Shown here piece by piece: positions 26,951 through 38,470 of a DNA stretch of 64,000 nucleotides (its first letter is position 1; every line of letters starts with the position of its first letter). Under the pieces are notes generated by a model. It did not search any database. It was given only the letters and a program-made list of their open reading frames with translations, and had not been told where the DNA came from. The position numbers and the translations under genes were made by a program. The stretch comes from Anthoceros angustus (taxonomy: Eukaryota; Plantae; Anthocerotophyta): positions 2,108,001 to 2,172,000 of the forward strand of contig MU008155.1 of the NCBI GenBank assembly GCA_010909165.1, written 5' to 3'.

Positions 26951-28571
26951 AGAAAGGGGTTTCTCCTGAAACCTTTTTTTGCACACGGACGTGGCCGGAC
27001 CTCTTTTTGCACTTGAAAAAATCCGCACTATAATCAGCCTTTTTGGTATTTCTCTGCAGACATGTCACCCGCAACCTTTTGAATAATTGTTTTGATACAC
27101 GTTATTTGAGATTGTAGATAGCAAGTACGTGGCAAACACCTAAAGTCCCATTCTTGTTCGGCTTTTTCTTTCAAAGCTGGACGAAATTATCAAACTTATG
27201 CACGCACATTTAAGCGATCTCAACACGCAATCAACGCTAGTGTTGGGCGATCTAAGCGTGTAGAGTTTTTAGGGCTTGCTGTAATTCTGGTGCGCAAATT
27301 TGTTTGTGCACCAACCTTTCATTCATACCAATCAATCCTAAGACTATACTCTCGCTCTGGGAATTTTACATAACTTTGTTTCTTAGACATTGGGACAATA
27401 ATATTTTCGTTGACCTGATGCTCTTGATCCGCGTGCAGTGCGAGAATGAGAATGGCATGGTCTGCACTTGGAGCTGGGCCCACGCCAAACGTCTCAAGAT
27501 TCAAAAGATGCAAAAGGTTTTCAGTACTAATTCAAAGTTTCAACCACTAGAAAAAAGATGAGGGCTAAGTAAAGATAAGTTTGGATACTTTTGGCTTTGA
27601 CGAAACCCAAGGTGGAGACCCGACGGATCTTCCTCTTGCTAGTACATATCCACATTAGGGAGATGCACAAAAAAGGTTGAAAACGTTGAAAGGAACCCTT
27701 TAAAACAACAAAAATATCAAAAAAATACCAAAAAATTCAAAAACTATCAAAATTTAAAGGGAAGGTGCGCGCACTTGCCTCAAAAAATTGGACTATTTTG
27801 AGATTTTTTGGGATTTTTTAGAGTTTTTGCTCTTTTTTTCTTTGGATGAACGGTCTGGGAATGCATTAGGAGGCATGTACCATATGGGTTCATGCTCTTA
27901 GGCCCTTCTTGACCTTGGATGCGCGCACTTGTGCGCGCACCTGGGCCCCCTTGCCCCCTGGTGCACGTACTTGTTCACCCAGCTGGGCCCCCCGGCATGT
28001 TTGATGATAACCCCGTACTAGGTCGCCGCCGAAAGAGACGGAAATACCGTAAAGGATAAAAAGAGGATAGGGTGTTCTTCGTCGCATTAGGGCATAAGAT
28101 AGATATATGAACATGCGTCTACGGGCATTCCCATGAAATGTAGCACCAAAACATGGTATCCCACCATTGGTTGTATTGTGTTGCCGATTGTGAGACGCAT
28201 GTCAAGGGTTTCGGCATTCCAGAACATACCGCTTTCCCTTATAATCGGACCAATGTGGGAGACCATTCATGCCGGTGTTACGCAGGTTCATACTCCCCTC
28301 CAACTAGGGTTCTCTGGGAAAACATCGAAATAAGCTCTTTAGTTGTGGTCTAAAACCATCAATACACGCGTACTTTTTTCTTCTGAAGAAAAGAGAATTA
28401 TTAGGAAAAAATTGTTATCCAAGAGAAGGCTGCGGGTGTGCCTTATACACTTGTCTTGTCATATGATGAAGAAGTGTGACTCCTTGTGAAGGGAATGTGT
28501 GACCCTAACGGCCTTACTGACTAACAGGTTCCTAACAGTGTGGCTAACAGCAAGTATGTGTATGTTCTGAC

Positions 28572-29350
28572 AGGGAAGGAGCTTAATGCTCAAATTAGAG
28601 AACGAGGACATCAATGATGTCCTCGTTCAAAAAGGATGTGGTGACTTGGACTGCTATGATAGCGGGGTATTCCCAGCAGGGAATACCCTGCCCTTGGTCT
28701 CTACAGTGCTATGCAAATTCTGTGACAATTCAGGATGTGCATTCTGTGCCCCAAGGTGAAGACATGCCTGGTGTGCATTCTGTTACTCTTCACCTTGGGT
28801 GCCCTCCCTCTCCAATTTGCGCATGAAGCTGCTTCCCCGGTTCCAGAGCTGGGATTCCCACAATCACACATGCCTGCTGGAGGCAAACGAATATCATTGA
28901 GTTAGGTACAGCCTTGCCTTCATCTTACATAGTACTGTAAAGACGAAGGCTTCCTGGCCCATGGTACAAGTTGTTAAGTACCAGGTCCCACGACGGAAAT
29001 CCGTCCTTAGTGGACTTAAATAAAATTCTTCTTCATTCTTCCATGTCCACACTTTCCATACGTCTGCACCAAACCGCTGGCTACAAACACATCAGCTTCA
29101 CAGGCTCGTTCCTTAATTTGAGCATGAAGCTGCATCCCTTGCTCCAAAGCTGGGATACCCACACTTGCACATGCCTGCAGGAGGCACACAAATGTAACAG
29201 AATCAGGTGCAACCACGCCTTCTTCTTGCATTGCACTGTAAAGACGCAGGGCTTCCTCTCCAATGTCCTGCTGGGAATACCCTGCGATCGTAGCATTCCA
29301 CGTTACCCCATTCTTGTCAGCAAGTCCGTCGAACACTGGTTGAGCGTCTT
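28572..29350. pseudogene. Scrambled PLS-PPR remnants: plus-strand pieces 28572-28730, minus-strand pieces 28800-29350
   Basis: KDVVTWTAMIAGYSQQG on plus. FDGLADKNGVTWNATIAGYSQQDIGEEALRLYSAMQEEG...YGKCG on minus. Both closely resemble the adjacent PPR gene. Confidence 0.85.
28964..29040 (+). mobile_element. Short element ending AATAAAA(TTC)n (non-LTR 3'-end-like), inserted in the PPR remnant
   Basis: Matches the reverse complement of ~44958-45035 and ~46658-46735. Flanked by CCATG on both sides. Confidence 0.55.
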
Positions 29351-29642
29351 TAAACTACACGTCCACCAAGCCCTCAAAGTGGTGCCGAGGGTCTCATAGC
29401 AACCGAGGGACACCGTAAACTCCGGAAGAAGGGCAACGAGAGTATGTACGTGCATTCCCAGTCCAAGGGCAAGGAAAGTACAAGCATTCCCTGTCACTAT
29501 CTGCTCAACGCTCTGGCCCACAAGTGAATCAAATCCACGACTTTAAAAGTGCTCACATTAGTAGACCGGTCGGAGCTAGCTCCACCCATGTCCCAACCGT
29601 GTTGTGTTTCCTGGTGAGCTTAGGGCGTTCCTCCTGCCAGCC

Positions 29643-32600
29643 ATGGCTGTCTGGAGCGTCGCGGTTGAGTCACGCACAGGGCCGCAGGACCCGGTGTGGG
29701 CAGAGTGGACCCATCAAAGAGGTGGATTAACAGGTCTTTTGGGAAGGGCTCCCGCACGCCTGACGTCAAGGAACCATGGGTTGGCACACAACCAAGTCGG
29801 GAGGTGCAGCAGCTTTGTAAGAAAGCCAGCCCGTCCAATTCGATTTTTGACTCAGGACGGATTTTCCAGCAAGGGTCGTGGCCGGCGGGCGACAAGATTC
29901 CCTGGACCCCGTACGTTGTGGGGACTGCAGGCAAAAGAGGAAGAGCCTCTCGTCTCAGAGGCAGTCCCAGGAGGTCCTCTGGTTGAACAACTTCCACATG
30001 TCAGGTTGGATGGATCCGCAGCTTGCTGCTCTGGATATGGGGGGAGGCCTTTGACCGGAGCTTACTAGGTGATCCTGACCCTCGCAGGCCTGCAGGTTGC
30101 AAGGGGGGCGTGACAGCTGAAACCGTGAGCAAGCTATGTAATACGGGCCATCTTTATGAGGCTGTTGAAGCTTTGGGCTTGCTGGTGCAGACAGACCGTT
30201 GTATCTCCAAATCTCTCTTTTATGGTGTCTTGAAGCAATGTGTAGCCAAGAAGGATCTAGTTTCGGGTCGCCGGATACATGCTTTCATGGTGAAAATGCG
30301 AATCCAGTCAGACACGTTCCTGGGCTTCCAAATCCTCCGAATGTATGCTTCTCATGGCAGGTTGCAAGACGCGATGGGTGTGTTTGCAGCGGTTACCGAA
30401 CCAGATGTCTTCACGTGGTCTGCCATGATTTCTGCGCATCTTAAACACGGACAAGAGAATCAGGCCATACAGTTGTATCATCGGATGCGCAGGTCAAGTG
30501 TGGAGCCAAATGGGCATGTGTTTGTGGCAGCTCTCCAGGCTTGTGCAAGGGCATCAGACCTGAAAACGGGGCAGCAGGTGCATGCCGACGTGCTGGCCAG
30601 TGGCGTCGAGCCCGATTTATTTGTCTGTAATTCCTTGGTGAGCATGTACGCAAAGTGTGGAAGCTTGGAAGAAGCTCAGAGAGTTTTTGACACCCTTGGT
30701 CTAAAAGATGTGGTAACGTGGACTGCTCTGATTGCAGGGTATTCTCAACAGGGCATGGGACACCAAGCCCTTGGTCTGTACAGTGCTATGCAAGAAGAGG
30801 GCATGGCCATACCTGATTCTGTCACATTCGTGTCCCTCCTACAAGCATGTGCAAGTGTGGGCACTTCAGCTTTGGAGAAGGGGAAGCAGCTGCATGCGCA
30901 GATTAGAGAAAGTGGACATCAAGCTGATGCGTTTGTAGCCAGCAGTTTGGTCAACATGTATGCAAAGTGTGGCAGCTTGCAAGACGCTCAGAAAGTGTTT
31001 GATGGACTTAGTCGAAAGGGTGTGGTGACATGGAACACCATGATAGCAGCATACTCTCAGAAAGGCATGGGCCAGGAAGCCCTTCGTCTCTTCAGTGCTA
31101 TGCAAGCGGAGGGCATTGCTGCACCTGATTCTGTGACTTTTGTGTGCCTTCTGCAGGCATGTGCAAGTGTGGGGGCTCCAGCTTTGGAGAAGGGGAAGCG
31201 TCTTCATGTGGAAATTGGAGAACGAGGATATGTAACGGATGTGTCTATAGCCAGCAGTTTGGTGAACATGTATGCAAAGTGTGGGAGCTTGGAGGATGCT
31301 CAAAGAGTATTTGACAGACTTGCTCAAAAAGGTGTGGTGACATGGAACACCATGATAGCAGGGTATTCCCAGCAGGGCTTGGGCCAGGAAGCTCTTTGCC
31401 TCTATAGTGCTATGCAAGAAGAAGGCATTGCTGTAGCTGATTCAGTGACCTTTGTCTGCCTCTTGCAGGCATGTGCAAGTGTGGGCTCGCCAGCTTTAGA
31501 GAAGGGGAAGCAACTTCATGCGCAGATTAGAGAACGGGAACATCTAGCTGACGTTTTTGTAGGCAGCAGTTTGGTGAACATGTATGCAAAGTGTGGCAGT
31601 TTGCAAGATGCTTGGAGAGTGTTCGATGGTCTTGGGCAAAAAGATCTGGTGACATGGACCGCCGTGATAGCAGGGTACTCCCAGCAGGGCATGGGCCATG
31701 AAGCCCTTCGTCTCTATGACATGATGCAGGAAGACTGCGTCGCTGTACCCAGCCCCAAGACTTTTGTGTGCCTCCTGCAGGCATGTGCAAGTGTGGGCAC
31801 CCCCGCGTTGGAGAAGGGGAAGCAGCTTCACGTGCACATTAGAGCACAGGGACATGAAGCTGATGTGTTCGTAGCCAGCAGTTTGGTGAACATGTATTCA
31901 AAGTGTGGCGGCTTGGAGGACGCGCAGAAGGTTTTTGACGGACTTGGTCAAAAGGATGTGGTGACTTGGAACTCCATGATAGCAGGATATGCCCAGCAGG
32001 GCATGGCCCAGAAAGCCATTCATCTTTACAGTGCTATGCAAGAAGAAGGCACCTGTGTAGCCAATTCCATGACATTTGTGTGCCTCCTGCAGGCATGCGC
32101 AAGTGTGGGGTCCTTGGCATTGGAGGAGGGGAAGCAGCTTCATGCGCAAATTAGGGAAAGAGGACATCAAGCTGATGAGTTTGTAGCCAGCAGTTTGGTG
32201 AACATGTATGCAAAGTGTGGCAGCTTGGAAGATGCTCAGGCAGTTTTTGACGGACTTGGTCGAAAAGATCTGGTGACGTGGACTGCCCTAATTGCAGGGT
32301 ATTCCCAGCAAGGCATGGGCCAGGAAGCCCTTCGTATCTACAGCGCTATGCAAGAAGAGAACATCTCTGTACCCAACTCTGTAACTTTTGTGTGCCTCCT
32401 GCAGGCATGCGCAAATTTGGCAGCCTTGCATCTAGGCAGGCAGCTACATGCACAGATTGAAGAACGAGGGCTTGAAGCCGATCTGTTTGTAGCGGGGAGT
32501 TTGATAAACATGTATGGGAAGTCAGGGAGCATGGTAGATGCACAGCAGGTCTTTGATGCATTGCAGGAAAGAGACATTGTCGTTTGGAATGCACTTATTG

Positions 32601-33334
32601 CAGGCTACACCTGTCGAGGAGACAGTGAAGTAGTCTTTGACTTGGTCCAGAAAATGACAGAGGGCGGCATACAGCCAGCTGGGGTCACATTCCTTAGTGT
32701 ACTAACAGCATGCAGTCATGCAGGTCTAGTGAACAAGGGATGGGAGTACTTTGACGCCATGGGCAGACAGTATGGCATCACTCCCACAGAGGACCACTAC
32801 ACATGCATGGTGGATCTCCTCGGTCGTGCAGGACAACTGGATGAGGCACTAGCTCTGGCAAGGGCAATGCCTGTAGTGCCTAGTGCTGCAGTTTGGCACA
32901 CTCTGTTAGCTGCTTGTCAGACGTGGAACAATGTGGAGGTGGGACGCTGTGCTTTTGATCAAGCAGTTAAGCTAGACGAGAAAGATGCCGCCGCATACGT
33001 GCTTATGTCGAACATATACACCAGTGCCCAGATGTGGGAGCAGGCACAAAAGATGCAGGCAAAGAGAACCGGAAACAGGGCTTGGAAGCTTCCGGGTCAG
33101 AGTTGGTGGACAGACGAGAACGGTCTGGTGCACAGTTTTTTGGTTGGGGATGAGAAACATCCTCCGAGACAAGCAAGGGGGGGAGCAACTACCTTCCAAA
33201 TGAAGACAGCAGCATATGTGCGGGCGGACATATCTGACTACAGAGAGGAAGCTGGTTTGAGTATGCACAGCCGGGACCTGGCTATCTCGCATGCCCTAAA
33301 TGATGCACCTGAAGGAGCTGGCAAATGTGCGTGA
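29643..33334 (+). CDS. PLS-class PPR protein with E1, E2 and a degenerate, truncated DYW:WW-type domain; probably organelle-targeted
   Basis: The 1103-aa ORF 30023..33334 has ~23 P/L/S motifs, then P2-L2-S2, E1, E2 and WKLPGQSWWTD. An upstream gccATGG at 29643 opens a transit-peptide-like frame. That frame joins the main ORF if one G is added to the G-run near 30040 (inferred sequencing error), so the start is inferred. Confidence 0.9.
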
Positions 33335-34049
33335 AAAGAATGCATATGCGGGCTCACTTGTCACACTTCCAGGAAGTAGCTCTGGGCAACTGAGAAGGTC
33401 TTTACGGTTGGCAGGCAAGGTGCACGAACCCCATTGCTAGGTGACAGGATACTCCATCTCCACCTCTTGTTGTTTGCACGTGTCTAGGACTGTGATGTTG
33501 TGGAAGGTCCAAACAGAGGCTTCGGAGGCGAAGAGAACACGCAGGCTACACCGAAGAGGAGATGGAATCTTAGACTTTCATTTTCTGCAGTGGTGTCCTC
33601 GTGCAGCAGGGCACCAGATTGCTTTGACACCTCCAGGCCATCTGTTTTTCGTTGGACTATTGCATTCGACAGTTACATCGACTTGCATGTCTTCGTCTGG
33701 GCAATTCAAGCATGAGGATGACTAAGACCGAGCCTCGTTGCCTACTCCCCGTGCGCTATTGCTGTATGTACGTCAGATGGTGCTGTCTATCACCTGCACA
33801 GCTATGCGCATGCCTGGACGTGGATAGACCACACGCCCCGTCTGTAACTACCATGATGGTTGTGTCGCGCACATTTCTGAAGCTGAGCAAGACAGGATGA
33901 CCCGCACGCGGCCTACCTTATCCCACAGGAAACTCACGGCCATGTCTCAAGCATGACGGGCTCTCGGGCCAGTTGCCTTCAAGTGCTTTATTCCAATGGC
34001 CATTGGGCACCACTCCTCAAGGCACTTGGGCGCATTCATATTCTCGATT

Positions 34050-35900
34050 ATGTTATCTAGGAAAGCTTCTGATTCTTATTAGATCTTTTGGTCATATGGA
34101 AAGTGAGGAAGCAAGGAAAGAATACCACAAGGTCTGAATCTTTGAACTACATGGACGGTAAGGGAAGAAAAGAATAGGTAGATACTCTTTGTGGTACAGC
34201 TCCTTAGCCATAATAGAGTCTCATTTAATCTGAGATACTAAATAATTACATTTAGGAAGAGCGTGCATATATTGCTTATAACATCCAGGGCTGTGGAACT
34301 ACCTACATACTCACAATAAGTTCCTAATTGGGATTCTGTTATCTGCAATAAATTAGTTATAAACTATCTACTCCTATGCTAGGACCTTAAATTCATCTTA
34401 TAGTTTGTGTAGCTGTAAGTTTTATGTGTTGCTTTTTAGTCTAAATTAGTTAACCTTATTTTTTTAATTAAAATCATGGTTGTTTGAAAATTTGAACTTG
34501 CATTTTTTTTTCCCTTCATATGCTGCTCAATATACATCATGTGATGTTTGCACACTAAAAAAGTTATGTTGTTACCCATGGTCTTGTTCCAGTATCTTAA
34601 TGGTATGAAAATGAACAGTTCAATCAATGACTATTCTCTATCTCTCACCTGTGAATCTCTATCTTTGAATTTTTAATACTACATTTGACGCTTCAAGCAA
34701 GCTCAAATCATTCATAGTAGTTTACTACAAAAAATCTTTTAGATATAAAGTACTTCCACATATTATACTACCACTTTAATTAAAAAGTTTTCGAAGAGTA
34801 TATTTTAAGCTTTGTTTATGAAATGTATACACTCCTGAGGTGCACGAGTTAATCTAAAGAATTGAACTCAATTGTTATCTTCTACCTTTTGTAGTTCAAA
34901 AGAATTATATGACTAAAAATCATGAACCTCATCTTTATGTTTCTTCATGTGTTCTATTTGAGTGAACACGCCTTCCATGAGGATATGAAAGCTTGGTAAG
35001 TCCGACAATATTACGAACATAAACTCTGCAGTTCAAATTGTTGAAATAGCAAATGGCAGCATCTTTATGTTCAATACAGTTTTTTGTGAAATTCATATGC
35101 TTTTTTTATCATATTCAAGTACATCTTGCACTTGCAAATGAAATCTTAGAATTTTTAAAGACCTCAAATTGACACTTTTCGAGTAGATTTAGAGAAACAT
35201 CTTTGCCACCTTTGTTTTAATTTTAATCTTGACTCGGTTACACAAAAAATGTCTTCTAGGCACCTTGGTTATTTTTCAAGGGGTTGCTTGTTGGGTAACT
35301 TTGCTATGGGCTTTTTTGTATTATTTTATACAGCCCTCAATTTCTGTAAACCTCTTTCGAAAGGTACTTTAGGCGTTTTCTCTCCAAAACTATATCTTTT
35401 TTTGGAAACCCTTCAAGTTTCTTTCAAGATTCTAAGGTGTTTTCAATCTCTTATAAAGTTTATTTGTTTTTCAATATCTTTGTGGATAAATTTAGGTCAT
35501 AAACACTTATCATAGTATGTAAATATAATTAGATTTGTAGACATAGGAAAAATAAAATTAGTTACTTGGACATATACCGCGAATCCAATTTATCCTAAGC
35601 AAACAAAAGCAAGTAGATACTACCTAAAGAGATAAATAGTGAAAATGAGATTACCATCTTCTGATCCACTAGACGCTCCACAATACTTATTTTAATTGTA
35701 CCTCTGCGAAAGGGTAAAGTCTATTTGATTTTTAAATATTTATATTTCCAACCATATGCCAGAGAAACTTCAGATTTTCATTTAGATGAAAACTATTGAT
35801 GACCATTGTGAGGTCAAAGATGTAAGTTTTGGTGGTTGAGGTAGTACTTTAACTCCTTCCAATAATGCTCTCTGTCTTATTTACCGTTAAATATTTCAAG
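34050..35900 (-). other. AT-rich island containing a long decayed reading frame of unknown origin
   Basis: Much lower GC than the flanks. Minus-strand translation stays protein-like for long stretches, interrupted by isolated TAA/TAG/TGA. No domain recognised. Confidence 0.35.
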
Positions 35901-36009
35901 CCTATGTACGACATAGGCATAGGTATAGGTGTGGCAAAGCTTAAGCACACACGTACTAGTGTTGCCAAATACTATGAAAAGTAAATACCTCTTAATTTGT
36001 ACAGTGTGT

Positions 36010-36235
36010 TTAATAGAAGATATATTATTATTTATAAAATATTCAGTTTAAAAGTACAATAATTTACAATAATTTATTCAAGACCATGATGTTGTCTAGT
36101 TCTCACAAAACTTGGGGCGTGTCGTATGATTAATAGAACATATATTATTATTTATAAAATATTCAGTTTAAAAGTACAATAATTTATTCAAGACCCTGAT
36201 GTTGTCTAGTTCTCACAAAACTTGGGGCTTGTCGT
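36010..36235. repeat. ~110-120 bp tandem duplication
   Basis: ttaatagaa.atatattattatttataaaatattcagttt...cacaaaacttggggc.tgtcgt occurs at 36010 and 36130. Confidence 0.9.
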
Positions 36236-37172
36236 GCCAAAGCTGCATAGCTGTCCTTGCCATCATGCATCATCCATGTTGATGTTTATCGGACACATCC
36301 ACATTGCATCCTTACATCTTATCACATGTATGCCATCTTTCTTACATGGGCATGCCTGCCCATGTGTTTATATACATGCACACAATATAACACATGCAAC
36401 TCACATACATGTACATGCATCCATATGCTCATACCACACATATTATCAGTCCGGGGCATGCCATATGTGGGTATGACTTGCTTCATGTGCCTTGGCACAT
36501 GTTTAGTGTGTTTGTATCCTATCTATGTGTCCGATCCCACCATGACATGATAGACATTTAAAGATTCACAATTTGATATTATAGGGAAGTATCTTCATAG
36601 TACAGATATTTAACATATTTCTCCTAATTAAAATAGCTCCTAATGGAAATTTAACACGCTACGTAGATTCGTAGCGGAGTTCGAAGGAATAATGACCGAC
36701 AATCGCCACCTTCCCTCCAATATTTTTGACACATTATGTAGAATCCACTTTCAAGGTCGTTATAAAATCAGCCATCATGACTCACCAACAAAATATGACA
36801 TGAAGCGACAAGCCCGTATATTGTGAGTAAAATCATCCCAAGTATAACAAAAAAGATGACAACATAGGAACAACACTAGAAACAAAAAAGCTGACTAAGA
36901 TGTAACTTTCCAAACAATTAGGAACCAAATGGAATTTGATAATCAAAGCACCCCACGTAGTTGGGATTCTTTGCTAACAAGCTGCTCAATTGCGGCAAGA
37001 GATCCTTAACCAGAATCAAATATCTGAATATTCAAAGAATTCTTGGAGAGTGAAATTTGGTTCTGTTCAACAAAAAGAAAAAAAATGAAAAAGCGAAAAA
37101 AAAATTAGAAAATAATATTCAGGAACCATCTAAAAAAAATCCAAGAATCCACATAACCCCACAAGGGATACG

Positions 37173-37770
37173 TTAACCCTGGCGCACGCAGAGCCAAAGA
37201 TTCACCGCCCGTGACAGGCCAGAAACGGGCGCCACATGGGGCCGTTCCTTTGCTGCGGTGACGGGGATCCATCCAATCCACGTTGACTTGACACGGGTCA
37301 GGGCGTGACGTTCCGTAACCGGGCTACCGGGCGCCGTCCCGCCCTGCCTCCACCATGATGGCTTATCTTTTGCGGATAAACCATATCTGCTTGAGAACCA
37401 CATTTTCACATTTCCGTGCCGGGATATTTTAGCGGAATCCCGCGTGTACCCTCATAGCCGGTTACGCGCTTCCGTTTCCGTCGATCATCCGACAGGGGAT
37501 AAAATGGGCTGAGTGTAACCGCCCCCGTAACCGTGGTTAGCGGTGACAGCTACGGGACGGCGAGGGATGTATGGGATGGCGACGGAACGTGAAGGCGCGG
37601 CAGGTAGGCTGCTGCTTTTGGCGTTGCCCGGGGGTTAGGTGTGGTTCGAACCGATGAAGACGTGTTAAAAATTATATTCGAGCTCGGAAAAATATCTGAG
37701 AATATGCCTGTGCGCTGGGCCAAAACGGGGGCGAACGGAGTGCTTAGGGGCAAACGTAACCTCGGGTTAA
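37173..37770. mobile_element. Candidate non-autonomous TIR element, TTAA|CCC...GGG|TTAA, with internal CCGTAAC/CCGTGAC repeats
   Basis: TTAA at 37173-37176 and 37767-37770. CCC/GGG termini. Many GTAAC/GTGAC/GTTAC motifs in both orientations. TIR match beyond 3 bp is weak. Confidence 0.3.
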
Positions 37771-38470
37771 GAGGTGGTCACGGGCCTGCTGATAAAACGC
37801 ACCCGTGTGCCCGACGTGATCATCATAAGCATTTCATCATTGCGACTGCAGCAGCCTGCTTTACTGCCGCTTCGTCACGATCGAACTCTCTTCGGCTCGC
37901 AAGCCGGACAGGAAGGACGCTGAGTGATTTCGAAAGCAGGACCGGTTTCGCGTCCGCATACCAGAGCCAGAGCGCGCTCCACGCTCGCGTTTTGTACTGT
38001 TCGATTTGGTCCGGGATCGATATCGCTGAGCCTGCTGCTTGTGTGATCGGAACATGCGAAGAGAGCGTTTTCAGAATTGGGAGCTCTTGAATGCTGCGCC
38101 TCCGCCTTGCACTCTTCGCACTTTAGAGATTTGCTGAGCTCGAGTATCGGTATGAGTTGGGAGAACCGTCGTGTGCCCTCTGCCCGGACGTCCACTTCGT
38201 GATTTGACATAAGGCGCTGCGGAAGGACATTTGGTGCGTTCGTTGCTGTGCGAAGCCTGTCGAAAAGCAGTACTGGTCCCGCAACCTCTCCGTCACACTG
38301 CACTTCTCGCTTGCGTACGATACGACACTGCGCTCCTTTCATTCTTGTGTGTCTTGAAGCACGCCTCCAGGGGCATTGTGTCGTCGTGAAAAGTGAGTAG
38401 CGTAGGGACATATTTCGAGAGGAGGAGCCTGATGAGCTTGTGTTTCGTTCCAGGTTCTACGTCTGCAACC

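Noticed and set aside
27700-27850. A-rich / T-rich arms around a GTGCGCGCAC palindrome (possible foldback or MITE)
   Set aside because: Low-complexity complementarity only; no defined TIR or TSD.
30023-30025. TTG start for the PPR gene as given in the ORF track
   Set aside because: An upstream ATG at 29643 in good context, with a transit-peptide-like frame and one homopolymer indel, is more plausible.
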